Shown: one piece after another, positions 40,747-53,379 of the stretch | Numbering within the stretch: position 1 is the stretch's first letter | Layout: each line of letters opens with the position of its first letter | DNA from: Escherichia coli | GTDB taxonomy: Bacteria; Pseudomonadota; Gammaproteobacteria; Enterobacterales; Enterobacteriaceae | NCBI RefSeq assembly: GCF_003991155.1 | Contig: NZ_CP031293.1 | DNA: 64,000 bases | Reading direction: 5' to 3' (one strand) | Made by a program: the position numbers and the translations under genes | The notes under the pieces: generated by a model | The model's input: the letters and a program-made list of their open reading frames with translations, nothing else | What the model was told of the DNA's origin: nothing | The model's database searches: none

Positions 40747-41400
40747 ATGAATCAGACGCTACTTTCCTCTTTTGGTACGCCTTTCGAACGTGTTGAAAAT
40801 GCACTGGCTGCGCTGCGTGAAGGACGCGGTGTAATGGTGCTTGATGATGAAGACCGTGAAAACGAAGGTGATATGATCTTCCCGGCAGAAACCATGACTG
40901 TTGAGCAGATGGCGCTGACCATTCGCCACGGTAGCGGTATTGTTTGCCTGTGCATTACTGAAGATCGCCGTAAACAACTCGATCTGCCAATGATGGTAGA
41001 AAATAACACCAGCGCCTATGGCACCGGTTTTACCGTGACCATTGAAGCAGCTGAAGGTGTGACTACCGGTGTTTCTGCCGCTGACCGTATTACGACCGTT
41101 CGCGCAGCGATTGCCGATGGCGCAAAACCGTCAGATCTGAATCGTCCTGGCCACGTTTTCCCACTTCGCGCTCAGGCAGGTGGTGTACTGACGCGTGGCG
41201 GTCATACTGAAGCAACTATTGATCTGATGACGCTGGCAGGCTTTAAACCGGCTGGTGTACTGTGTGAGCTGACTAATGACGATGGCACGATGGCGCGTGC
41301 ACCAGAGTGTATTGAGTTTGCCAATAAACACAATATGGCGCTCGTGACTATTGAAGACCTGGTGGCATACCGTCAGGCACATGAGCGTAAAGCCAGCTGA
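40747..41400 (+). CDS. ribB: 3,4-dihydroxy-2-butanone 4-phosphate synthase
   Basis: 217 aa [42 protein letters not shown]... Confidence 0.95.
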   Translation: MNQTLLSSFGTPFERVENALAALREGRGVMVLDDEDRENEGDMIFPAETMTVEQMALTIRHGSGIVCLCITEDRRKQLDLPMMVENNTSAYGTGFTVTIEAAEGVTTGVSAADRITTVRAAIADGAKPSDLNRPGHVFPLRAQAGGVLTRGGHTEATIDLMTLAGFKPAGVLCELTNDDGTMARAPECIEFANKHNMALVTIEDLVAYRQAHERKAS

Positions 41401-41430
41401 AAACCGCTGCTTAATTTACTGCCTTAATCA

Positions 41431-41462
41431 AGAAACCGAAGTTGTAGCAGGCTTCGGTTTTT
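41431..41462 (+). terminator. Rho-independent terminator of ribB
   Basis: gaaaccgaag-ttgtagcagg-cttcggttt followed by ttatttttc. Confidence 0.75.
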
Positions 41463-41661
41463 ATTTTTCCCTGCTATGCAAGATGTTAATTCCGCTTCTC
41501 TTTCTATGAGAAAATTTCATTAATATCAGGCATTCTTTTTCATTATGATCAAAATCATATAATTGTTCCGTTATTATGCGACCATATGAATATATCCGAA
41601 AAAGGATATGTGAAATTTATACGCTAAATGTTTAGTATTGTTAAATATTAAGGGTAAAAGG

Positions 41662-41832
41662 ATGTTTATCGCCTGGTACTGGATTGTATTGATTGCTCTG
41701 GTTGTGGTGGGTTATTTCCTGCATTTGAAACGTTATTGTCGGGCGTTTCGCCAGGACAGAGACGCACTGCTTGAAGCGCGGAACAAATACTTAAACAGTA
41801 CGAGAGAAGAGACAGCCGAAAAGGTAGAATAA
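41662..41832 (+). CDS. Small single-pass membrane protein (56 aa from ATG; track version starts at upstream TTG 41638); identity not confidently recalled
   Basis: MFIAWYWIVLIALVVVGYFLHLKRYCRAFRQDRDALLEARNKYLNSTREETAEKVE: one hydrophobic helix plus charged tail; weak SD; lies in ribB-zupT spacer. Confidence 0.45.
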   Translation: MFIAWYWIVLIALVVVGYFLHLKRYCRAFRQDRDALLEARNKYLNSTREETAEKVE

Positions 41833-41889
41833 GGCTTTCGTGAAGCTGGCAGAAGTTGTCCATGCGCTGGACAACTTCTGATGTTGTTT

Positions 41890-42663
41890 TTAACCAATTC
41901 CCGCCGTTTGTAGCAGCACTAAACTGAATCCCATCACTGACATTCCACATAGTACGCCATAGCTGGGGTTATTATTAGGGTCAATCTCTTTGGCGAGCGG
42001 CATTAATTCATCAACCGAGAGCGCCACCATAATTCCTGCAACCGCCGCCATGATTGCCGCCATGACCACCGGGGAAATCATGCTACCGAGGATTAACCAC
42101 GCCAGCACACCACCAAGAATTTCTGCTAGTCCAGAAATTCCCGCCCACAGAATCGCGGTGCGTTTAGACCCCGTTGCCGCATAAACCGGGCCTGCCACTG
42201 CCAGACCTTCAGGGATATTGTGCAACGCGACGGCCAGTGCGATGCCAAATCCCAGCTCCAGGTTGCTGCTCGCCGTGACAAAGGTGGCAATCCCTTCCGG
42301 GAAGTTATGCAGACTGATGCCGAGAGTGAGCAGAATGGCTGTGCGCTTGATCGATTTTGGCAACGGCTGCACCGATTTTTGCATTAAATCCTGCGGATGA
42401 GCATGTGGCAACATGCGGTCCAGGCCAAAATAGCCAAGCAGACCGAAGATAAACATTCCATAACCCAACACAGGCGACATTCCTTCAGCTGCTAGTGCGG
42501 CAGGAAGCATTTCCATTAATGAGATGAGCAACATGATCCCCGCCGCAAAACCTAGCGAAAACGCCAGTAAGCGGTTCGAGGGTTTTTGCCCGAGAACGCC
42601 GAGAAACGCGCCAATAAACGTGGCTGCCCCCGCCAGTATGGTCAGAATGAGAGGTACTGACAT
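41890..42663 (-). CDS. zupT: ZIP-family zinc transporter
   Basis: 257 aa from [20 protein letters not shown]... Confidence 0.9.
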
Positions 42664-42778
42664 CGACAACTCCTTATAAATCTTCACCTTCAGGCAGATC
42701 GTCAAAATAACTGATGATCATCATCATTGTTATCCGGGTTCTTACTCCGCCGAACAAGCGTATTGTGAGGATATCAAA

Positions 42779-43594
42779 ATGACACCTTTAGTTAAGGATA
42801 TCATCATGTCTTCAACACGTATGCCAGCATTGTTTTTAGGTCACGGTAGTCCGATGAACGTGCTGGAAGATAATTTGTATACCCGCAGCTGGCAGAAGTT
42901 GGGGATGACATTGCCACGCCCGCAAGCGATTGTGGTGGTTTCGGCTCACTGGTTTACCCGTGGAACAGGAGTGACCGCGATGGAGACGCCGCCCACGATT
43001 CATGACTTTGGTGGCTTCCCGCAGGCGCTGTACGATACGCATTATCCTGCTCCGGGTTCGCCTGCGCTGGCACAGCGTCTGGTTGAGCTGTTAGCGCCGA
43101 TCCCGGTGACGCTGGATAAAGAAGCCTGGGGCTTTGACCACGGCTCGTGGGGCGTGCTGATTAAGATGTATCCTGACGCTGATATCCCGATGGTGCAGTT
43201 GAGTATCGACAGTAGCAAACCTGCCGCCTGGCATTTCGAAATGGGGCGCAAACTGGCAGCGCTGCGAGATGAAGGAATAATGTTGGTCGCCAGCGGTAAC
43301 GTGGTGCATAACCTGCGCACAGTGAAGTGGCACGGTGATAGTTCACCGTATCCGTGGGCGACGTCGTTTAATGAGTATGTGAAAGCGAATCTGACGTGGC
43401 AAGGGCCAGTGGAACAACATCCTCTGGTGAATTACCTCGACCATGAAGGTGGCACGTTATCGAACCCAACGCCAGAGCATTATTTGCCGTTGTTGTATGT
43501 GTTAGGTGCGTGGGATGGGCAGGAGCCAATTACCATTCCGGTTGAGGGTATAGAAATGGGCAGCCTGAGTATGCTGTCGGTGCAGATAGGCTAA
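42779..43594 (+). CDS. ygiD: Extradiol ring-cleavage dioxygenase class III (DOPA-dioxygenase-like) YgiD; true start may be the internal Met at 42806
   Basis: ...MPALFLGHGSPMNVLEDN...SAHW...HN motifs of LigB-type dioxygenase. Confidence 0.85.
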   Translation: MTPLVKDIIMSSTRMPALFLGHGSPMNVLEDNLYTRSWQKLGMTLPRPQAIVVVSAHWFTRGTGVTAMETPPTIHDFGGFPQALYDTHYPAPGSPALAQRLVELLAPIPVTLDKEAWGFDHGSWGVLIKMYPDADIPMVQLSIDSSKPAAWHFEMGRKLAALRDEGIMLVASGNVVHNLRTVKWHGDSSPYPWATSFNEYVKANLTWQGPVEQHPLVNYLDHEGGTLSNPTPEHYLPLLYVLGAWDGQEPITIPVEGIEMGSLSMLSVQIG

Positions 43595-43631
43595 CAATTA
43601 CCGGATGGCGAGTGCCATCCGGTATCGTGGC

Positions 43632-44792
43632 TTATTCAACAAAAATATGTGGATAAAACCGAGACATATCCTGGGTGATCAATGCACGGTCTTCACGAAT
43701 GCCAATTCCGGCGGGTTGATCGTTCACCAGCCAGCTACCAATCAGCATATAGCTGTCGCCGAATTTCGGTAACGGGTGGAATTGCTGAACAATCATCCCT
43801 TCTTCGCCATACGGACCTTCCGCTGCTTCAATGGTTTTGCCGTTCTCAATGATCGACACGTTTGCGCCTTCACGGGAGAAGATCGGTTTAACCACATATT
43901 TTTCCATTTGCGGATGATCATCTTCCGCAAAATAAGCGGGCAGCAGGTTCGGGTGATTCGGGAACATCTCCCACAGTAGCGGTAGAAGTGCCTTGTTGGA
44001 GATAATGCTCTTCCACGCCGGTTCCAGCCAGCGTACGCCTGCATCCTCCAGCTTGGTTGAGAACATCTCACGCAACATAAATTCCCACGGATACAGTTTG
44101 AACAGGTTGGAAATTACCTGATCCTGTAAATCCGTGAACTGACCTTTTTCACCTAACCCGATATCATCGATGTAGAGGAACTCAGTAGCAATTTCAGCTT
44201 CCGTTGCGCAGTCCTGCAAATACTGAATGGTTCCGCGATCTTCCACCGTGTCGCGACAGCAGGTGAGATGCAGCAACTGGAAGCCATACTGTTCACGCAG
44301 CTCAACGAAGCGATCGATCAGTTTTTCTTGCAGACTGTTAAACTGGTCGCTGCCCTCCGGCAAGTTACCGGCGTTAAGCTGATCTTCCAGCCAGATCCAC
44401 TGAAAGAACGCCGCCTCGTATAGTGACGTTGGCGTATCGGCGTTATTTTCCAGAAGTTTAGGTTCACCAGTGCCATCCCACGCCAGATCAAGACGCGAAT
44501 AAAGCGATGGCTGGTGCGTCAGCCATGACTGGCGCACAAAACTCCAGGTGTGTTTTGGAATGCGGAATTTGGTCATCAGCTCATCGCTGGCGATCACTTT
44601 TTCCACCACTTTCAGGCACATCTGGTGCAGTTCGGCGGTGACTTCTTCCAGCTTTTCAACCTGGGCGAGGGTCAACTTGTAGTAAGCATCTTCACACCAG
44701 TACGGCTCGCCGTACATGGTGTGAAAATTGAAACCGTATTCGTGGGCTTTCTCACGCCAGTCCGGGCGCTCGGTAATACTGACTCTTTCCAT
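43632..44792 (-). CDS. ygiC: Glutathionylspermidine-synthase-like ATP-grasp protein
   Basis: 386 aa [32 protein letters not shown]... Confidence 0.85.
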
Positions 44793-44797
44793 CGGTA

Positions 44798-45469
44798 TCA
44801 GCCACCCATTGAACGAGAAGAGGTACCGGTTGCACTACGCTGCATAGTGCTTTGTTTGGCAACAGATTCACCAAAACCGCCACGGGTAACGGTAGTGGTG
44901 GTCGCCGGTTTTGGTGCCATTGCCGTCTTCGGTACGGTCATGGTGCGGCCTGGCTGGGCTGCGCCATAGTTTTTACCCGTCGCGTCGGTATATTTACCGT
45001 AAGCCGGACTGGCTGGGTTTTTCGAGGAGAACAGCGGCTGCTGTGCAAATCCCGCGCCGCCGCCCATCAGACGCCCCATCATGTAACCGGCCATCAGCGG
45101 CATCCAGAAACTCCCGCTGGATTGCTGGGCCTGCGCCTGGTTTTCTGGTGCCATGCCAGCCTGGGCTGGTGCCTGCTGGCACTGACCTTCACCAAATTCA
45201 GCAACACAGTCTTCACGGGTGGCGTATTTCGGCGCAGTACGTTCGGCTTCTTTCAGCGCATTGTTGTACGCGGTGGTACATTCGGCGCTTTTGCCTGGGT
45301 TTGCAGCTGAACAGTCGTCAGCATTTTGATAGAGAGACACTGTTTCATCACTCTTTTCACAGCCAGCCAGCATAAAAACAGTGGCAACCGCGAGAGCGAC
45401 TGGTGTCAGATGGCGTGCGCTCCAGTTTTTGCGGAACGATGCGTGGCGTATGGATTTTGTCCGTTTCAT
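44798..45469 (-). CDS. ygiB: DUF1190 family lipoprotein-like protein YgiB
   Basis: 223 aa from [16 protein letters not shown]...; operon with tolC. Confidence 0.8.
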
Positions 45470-45616
45470 TTTTGTCTTCCGGGACCAGTGGTAAATACCC
45501 ATCAGAATAGAGGATGGCTGGTCGAAATTGAAGCGAGAAGGGGGAAGAATGCGGCAGATAACCCGTATCTTTACGTTGCCTTACGTTCAGACGGGGCCGA
45601 AGCCCCGTCGTCGTCA

Positions 45617-47098
45617 TCAGTTACGGAAAGGGTTATGACCGTTACTGGTGGTAGTGCGTGCGGATGTTTGCTGAACGACTGGTGCCGGGCTATCAGGCGC
45701 ATAACCATCAGCAATAGCATTCTGTTCCGGCGTTTGCGGTGCAACGTTTTCCGGATTAGTGGAAACCGGTTTGCTCAGCGCATTGTTCAGTGCCAGCAGA
45801 TCCTGCTCGTTCAACGTACCCAGAGCTGACTTAATATTCAGCTGATTAATCAGGTAGTTATAACGCGCATTCGCCAGCTCTTGCTTGGCGTTGTACAACG
45901 TGGTGGTCGCATCCAACACATCAACAATGGTACGCGTACCGACCGAGTAGCCCGCTTCCATCGCGTCTAATGAGCTTTGAGCGGAAACTACGGCTTGTTT
46001 GTAGGCGTTAATGCTACTGATAGATGCATTAATGTTGTTGAAGGAGGAACGCACGGTCTGCACGACGCTACGATGGGCACTTTCCAGTTGCTCGCTGGCA
46101 CCGACAAAGTTGTACTGTGCCTGTTTCACCTGCGAGTTAACCATTCCGCCCTGATAAATCGGCAGCGAGAAGCTCAGGCCAACTTTGTTCTGGCCCATAT
46201 TGCTATCGTCATACTGGGTACCAGCGGCACCACGGGTTTTCGAACCGCTATAAGAGGTGTCAGAAATCCCGGTAGAAGCCGTTAAATCCAGAGTCGGTAA
46301 GTGACCATCCTGCGCCTGGCGAATTTGCTCGCGCGCCAGGTCCTGGCTCAAGCGTGCCTGTAACAGCGACAGGTTGCGTTTTTCGGCTTCTTTCAGCAGC
46401 GCGTTAACCGGCTGTGGTTTGTCGGTTTTAAAGTTTTCGACATTCAGCGCAGCCAGTTCCGGATAGTAGTTACCGGTGATCTGGCGCAGCTGCTCTACCG
46501 CGTTATCAAGGTTATTACGTGCGGTCACTTCGTTCGCCAGCACGGTATCGTACTGTGCGCGGGCGTTCTGCACGTCGGTGATCGCTACCAGGCCCACGTT
46601 AAAACGTTGGGTGGTTTGATCTAATTGACGGTAGATCGCTTCTTTTTGTGCCTGTGTATAGGAAAGAACGTCAATAGCATTCAACACGTTGAAATAAGCG
46701 GTCGCGGTGTTGAGGATCAAGGTTTGCTGATCGGTCTGATACGTGACGTCCTGAATCCCTGCTGCTTTTTCCTGCAGCGTTAACGCACGCCATTTCGACA
46801 TATCAAAAATGGATTGAGTTAACTGCAAGGACGCACTGGTCGCGTTAGAGTTGATGCCGTTCGCGTCGCGGTAGCCGTTGCTATAGGTGTAATCTGCACC
46901 TAAACCTAGCTGTGGCAGTAATGGACTGCGCGCTTCATTAATTTTTTCAAAGGCAGCATCACGATCGGCGGCAGACTTACGCAATTCCGGGTTACTAAGG
47001 CGTGCTTGCTGATAAACTTGCATCAGGTTCTCGGCCTGGCTCAACGAACTGAACCCAGAAAGGCTCAGGCCGATAAGAATGGGGAGCAATTTCTTCAT
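45617..47098 (-). CDS. tolC: Outer-membrane efflux channel TolC
   Basis: 493 aa from MKKLLPILIGLSLSGFSSLSQAENLMQVYQQARLSNPELRKS... Confidence 0.97.
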   Translation of the reverse strand: MKKLLPILIGLSLSGFSSLSQAENLMQVYQQARLSNPELRKSAADRDAAFEKINEARSPLLPQLGLGADYTYSNGYRDANGINSNATSASLQLTQSIFDMSKWRALTLQEKAAGIQDVTYQTDQQTLILNTATAYFNVLNAIDVLSYTQAQKEAIYRQLDQTTQRFNVGLVAITDVQNARAQYDTVLANEVTARNNLDNAVEQLRQITGNYYPELAALNVENFKTDKPQPVNALLKEAEKRNLSLLQARLSQDLAREQIRQAQDGHLPTLDLTASTGISDTSYSGSKTRGAAGTQYDDSNMGQNKVGLSFSLPIYQGGMVNSQVKQAQYNFVGASEQLESAHRSVVQTVRSSFNNINASISSINAYKQAVVSAQSSLDAMEAGYSVGTRTIVDVLDATTTLYNAKQELANARYNYLINQLNIKSALGTLNEQDLLALNNALSKPVSTNPENVAPQTPEQNAIADGYAPDSPAPVVQQTSARTTTSNGHNPFRN

Positions 47099-47302
47099 TT
47101 GCATTCCTTGTGGTGAAGCAGTATTTAGCGCGATCAAACTGTAAAATTATTGCGGATTCTAGCAGAAGCCGCTACCGCAAAAGGTTGGCGTTACGTGCCA
47201 TAGGGCGTTAATGTGCCTCAATTTAACACATGACTGCTCAAACGGCAGTCAAACGTCGCTGAAATTCACATTTAATTCACTATTAGTGCCAGGACATTAA
47301 CA

Positions 47303-47932
47303 ATGCTTAAGCCAGACAACCTGCCCGTTACATTTGGCAAAAACGATGTAGAAATTATTGCACGAGAAACACTTTATCGCGGCTTTTTTTCATTAGATCT
47401 TTATAGATTTCGTCATCGTCTATTCAACGGGCAAATGAGTCATGAGGTGCGGCGGGAAATTTTTGAGCGCGGTCACGCCGCAGTCTTGCTACCCTTTGAC
47501 CCAGTGCGTGATGAAGTTGTGCTGATTGAGCAGATTCGGATTGCCGCGTACGACACCAGCGAAACCCCTTGGCTACTGGAGATGGTTGCCGGGATGATTG
47601 AAGAGGGTGAAAGTGTGGAAGATGTTGCCCGTCGCGAAGCGATTGAAGAGGCGGGACTGATAGTCAAACGGACCAAACCGGTGTTAAGTTTCCTGGCAAG
47701 CCCGGGGGGCACCAGTGAGCGTTCGTCAATTATGGTGGGCGAAGTGGACGCCACGACCGCAAGCGGTATTCACGGTCTGGCTGATGAAAACGAAGATATT
47801 CGCGTTCATGTGGTAAGCCGGGAACAGGCATACCAGTGGGTAGAAGAGGGGAAAATCGACAACGCAGCGTCGGTCATCGCTTTGCAATGGCTGCAGCTGC
47901 ATCATCAAGCGTTAAAAAATGAGTGGGCATAA
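47303..47932 (+). CDS. nudF: ADP-ribose pyrophosphatase (Nudix)
   Basis: 209 aa, Nudix box ...[22 protein letters not shown]... Confidence 0.93.
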
Positions 47933-48355
47933 ATGAAGCGTTACACACCTGACTTTCCTGAAATGATGCGCCTGTGCGAGATGAACTTTTCACAATTGCG
48001 CCGTTTGTTACCGCGCAATGACGCACCCGGCGAAACTGTAAGCTATCAGGTGGCAAACGCACAATATCGGCTGACGATTGTGGAATCGACCCGATACACT
48101 ACCCTGGTGACAATAGAACAGACTGCGCCCGCGATCAGTTACTGGAGCCTTCCGTCAATGACGGTGCGTCTGTATCATGACGCGATGGTGGCTGAAGTGT
48201 GTTCAAGCCAGCAGATTTTTCGCTTCAAAGCGCGGTATGATTATCCTAATAAAAAGTTGCATCAACGCGACGAAAAGCATCAAATTAATCAGTTTTTAGC
48301 GGACTGGTTGCGATACTGTTTAGCACATGGAGCGATGGCGATTCCGGTTTATTAG
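47933..48355 (+). CDS. yqiB: DUF1249 protein YqiB
   Basis: 140 aa; start overlaps nudF stop; conserved operon. Confidence 0.8.
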
Positions 48356-48379
48356 CGTCGTGAAACCTAAGGACACCAT

Positions 48380-49207
48380 TTGGAAAGCCTGTTAACCCTT
48401 CCTCTGGCTGGTGAGGCCAGAGTCAGGATTTTACAAATTACCGACACTCACCTGTTTGCACAAAAGCACGAAGCCCTGTTAGGGGTAAACACCTGGGAGA
48501 GTTACCAGGCGGTGCTGGAGGCGATTCGGCCACACCAGCACGAATTCGACCTGATTGTCGCGACAGGTGATTTAGCGCAGGATCAATCCTCTGCGGCCTA
48601 TCAGCATTTCGCTGAAGGCATCGCAAGTTTTCGTGCGCCCTGCGTCTGGCTGCCGGGCAACCACGATTTCCAGCCCGCGATGTACAGCGCGTTACAGGAT
48701 GCGGGTATCTCCCCGGCGAAGCGCGTGTTTATTGGTGAGCAATGGCAAATCCTGTTGCTGGATAGCCAGGTGTTTGGCGTGCCGCACGGTGAGCTGAGCG
48801 AGTTTCAGCTTGAGTGGCTGGAACGTAAACTGGCCGATGCGCCAGAACGCCATACGTTGCTGCTGCTGCATCATCATCCGCTACCTGCGGGTTGTAGTTG
48901 GCTCGATCAACACAGTCTGCGTAACGCGGGCGAACTGGATACCGTGCTGGCGAAGTTTCCGCACGTCAAATACTTGCTGTGCGGTCATATTCATCAGGAG
49001 CTGGATCTCGACTGGAATGGTCGCCGCCTGCTGGCAACGCCGTCGACCTGTGTGCAGTTTAAGCCGCACTGTTCCAACTTTACGCTGGATACCATCGCGC
49101 CCGGCTGGCGTACTCTCGAGTTACATGCTGATGGCACGCTGACCACCGAGGTGCATCGCCTGGCGGACACACGTTTCCAACCTGATACCGCTTCAGAAGG
49201 CTACTGA
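48380..49207 (+). CDS. cpdA: 3',5'-cyclic AMP phosphodiesterase (metallophosphoesterase)
   Basis: 275 aa, ...ATGDLAQD...GNHD... metallophosphatase motifs. Confidence 0.92.
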   Translation: MESLLTLPLAGEARVRILQITDTHLFAQKHEALLGVNTWESYQAVLEAIRPHQHEFDLIVATGDLAQDQSSAAYQHFAEGIASFRAPCVWLPGNHDFQPAMYSALQDAGISPAKRVFIGEQWQILLLDSQVFGVPHGELSEFQLEWLERKLADAPERHTLLLLHHHPLPAGCSWLDQHSLRNAGELDTVLAKFPHVKYLLCGHIHQELDLDWNGRRLLATPSTCVQFKPHCSNFTLDTIAPGWRTLELHADGTLTTEVHRLADTRFQPDTASEGY

Positions 49208-49788
49208 TGTCTACGCTTCTTTATTTACACGGTTTCAACAGCTCGCCGCGCTCTGCAAAAGCGAGCTTGTTAAAAAACTGGCTGGCGGAACATCACCCTG
49301 ACGTTGAGATGATCATTCCGCAGTTGCCGCCGTATCCTTCCGACGCGGCAGAGCTGCTGGAATCCATTGTCCTGGAACATGGCGGTGATTCGCTGGGTAT
49401 TGTCGGTTCGTCACTGGGGGGATATTACGCCACCTGGTTGTCACAATGTTTTATGCTGCCCGCAGTGGTGGTAAACCCGGCGGTGCGCCCGTTTGAACTG
49501 CTGACGGACTATCTCGGTCAGAACGAGAACCCCTACACCGGGCAGCAATATGTGCTAGAGTCACGCCATATTTACGATCTTAAAGTCATGCAGATTGACC
49601 CGCTGGAAGCGCCGGATTTGATCTGGCTGCTGCAACAGACGGGAGATGAAGTGCTGGATTACCGCCAGGCGGTGGCGTACTACGCTTCCTGCCGCCAGAC
49701 TGTCATAGAAGGCGGCAACCACGCATTCACGGGCTTCGAAGATTATTTCAACCCGATCGTCGATTTTCTTGGTCTGCACCATCTCTGA
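49207..49788 (+). CDS. yqiA: Esterase YqiA (alpha/beta hydrolase)
   Basis: 193 aa [19 protein letters not shown]..., GSSLGG nucleophile elbow. Confidence 0.88.
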   Translation: MSTLLYLHGFNSSPRSAKASLLKNWLAEHHPDVEMIIPQLPPYPSDAAELLESIVLEHGGDSLGIVGSSLGGYYATWLSQCFMLPAVVVNPAVRPFELLTDYLGQNENPYTGQQYVLESRHIYDLKVMQIDPLEAPDLIWLLQQTGDEVLDYRQAVAYYASCRQTVIEGGNHAFTGFEDYFNPIVDFLGLHHL

Positions 49789-49813
49789 CGATCAACTCGA
49801 ATTACTAACTTAA

Positions 49814-51709
<1,896 letters not shown>

Positions 51710-51756
51710 AGGAAAGAACATTGCCCGGTCAGGATGGCCGGGCAAACAAGGCAGGA

Positions 51757-52071
51757 TTAAATCCCTGGCTGCAGAATACGGATATTCATCTCCAGCACGT
51801 CACCTTTTACGGCTTCGCTATACGCCTTCATGTGCGGGGTTTGCAGATGCGCTTCAAGATGCGCGATGCTTTCCCACTGCTCAATCATCACGATAGAATC
51901 CGGTGCCATAGACTGGAAACTCACGCCAGCTGCGCAATCCACCATTGGCGCATAGCCGTGGCAACCTTCTTCTTTCAGTACGGTTGGAACGATTTTAGCA
52001 AACTGATCCAATACCGCCTGACGGTGATGTTGACCAGGACGAGTACGGATTTCTGCGATTACGGTAAGCAT
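51757..52071 (-). CDS. ygiN: Quinol monooxygenase (ABM domain)
   Basis: 104 aa MLTVIAEIRTRPGQHHRQAVLDQFAKIVPTVLKEEGCHGY... Confidence 0.9.
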   Translation of the reverse strand: MLTVIAEIRTRPGQHHRQAVLDQFAKIVPTVLKEEGCHGYAPMVDCAAGVSFQSMAPDSIVMIEQWESIAHLEAHLQTPHMKAYSEAVKGDVLEMNIRILQPGI

Positions 52072-52101
52072 GGTTAACTCCTTCTAAAGCCTGAGCTCTA
52101 G

Positions 52102-52683
52102 TTAACCAAAAATTTCCACAAGATGCTTGCGATATTCTTCAGTATAGCGGGGAACATCAGGCATTTTTATCACGTCATTAGCGATAAATGTCGGCAGCGG
52201 TTCCATACCGAGGAATTGGTTTGCTTTATGGAACGGCAGATACACACCGTCAACGCCAACGCCGTGGAAGAACTGATCTTTTTCGGTGAAGGCTTCCATT
52301 GGTGCGTTCCAGGTCAGAGAAAGCATATATTTTTTGCCCTGTACCAGGCCGCCGGAACCGTATTTTTTCGACGGATCTTTGCGGGTACGACCATCGCTGG
52401 CATACAGCGTCCCGTGACCTTCGGTGAATACATCATCAATGTATTTTTTCACTGTCCACGGCGCGCCCATCCACCAGCCTGGCATCTGCCAGATCACCAC
52501 ATCAGCCCAGAGAAAGTTTTGTACTTCCGCTTTGACATCGTAGTCGCTGTCGGCGCGAACGATGCGGACATCATGCCCAAGGTCGCGCAGTGTGCCATCC
52601 GCGACTTCGGTCAGGGTGTCGTTCAGTTGACCATTGGAGTGGGCGAATTTTTTCGCGCCGTTGATAATCAGGATGTTGCTCAT
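52102..52683 (-). CDS. mdaB: NADPH:quinone oxidoreductase MdaB
   Basis: 193 aa MSNILIINGAKKFAHSNGQLNDTL... Confidence 0.93.
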   Translation of the reverse strand: MSNILIINGAKKFAHSNGQLNDTLTEVADGTLRDLGHDVRIVRADSDYDVKAEVQNFLWADVVIWQMPGWWMGAPWTVKKYIDDVFTEGHGTLYASDGRTRKDPSKKYGSGGLVQGKKYMLSLTWNAPMEAFTEKDQFFHGVGVDGVYLPFHKANQFLGMEPLPTFIANDVIKMPDVPRYTEEYRKHLVEIFG

Positions 52684-53001
52684 TTTTTAACCTCAAGGTG
52701 AGACGTTTGCCGACTATAGTACGTCACAGAGCGGTACGGTGAAATTAGCAAAATGTGCAAAGTCTTTTGCGAATTTAGCAAAAGTCTGATCTTACTCTGA
52801 CTCACCGATGCAGGATAAATATTTTCTGAAAATGACAATACTGATAGCCATTCCTCATAATTCTTACTCGCACCGGAATAATTTACACGTTTGGTTCGGT
52901 TTTTTTGGGGATTGAAAATATGGCTTTGAATAAGTAAAAGATGAAAGTATCAACGTGTCATGTTGATAATTATAAATGGATTTTTATGAGCGTACTGATA
53001 T

Positions 53002-53334
53002 ATGTTAAAGCAGAAAATTAAAACAATATTTGAAGCATTGCTATATATAATGCTTACTTATTGGTTAATAGATTCTTTTTTTGCTTTCAATAAGTATGAC
53101 TGGATGCTTGAGTCGGGAGGAAATATTTGCAGTATACCTTCCGTTTCAGGCGAAGATCGTATATTGCAAGCAATGATTGCAGCATTTTTTCTTCTTACGC
53201 CACTTATTGTTCTTATCTTAAGAAAACTCTTTATGCGGGAAATGTTCGAGTTTTGGGTATATGTATTCTCGCTCGGTATTTGTCTGGTTTGTGGTTGGTG
53301 GCTTTTTTGGGGACGGTTTATATTTTGCTATTAG
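53002..53334 (+). CDS. ygiZ: Small inner-membrane protein YgiZ, in an AT-rich islet
   Basis: 110 aa, 3 predicted TM helices; locally low GC. Confidence 0.75.
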   Translation: MLKQKIKTIFEALLYIMLTYWLIDSFFAFNKYDWMLESGGNICSIPSVSGEDRILQAMIAAFFLLTPLIVLILRKLFMREMFEFWVYVFSLGICLVCGWWLFWGRFIFCY

Positions 53335-53379
53335 TAAAATCTATGAGAGTCGTTTTAACGGCTCTCATAGACAGAGAAG

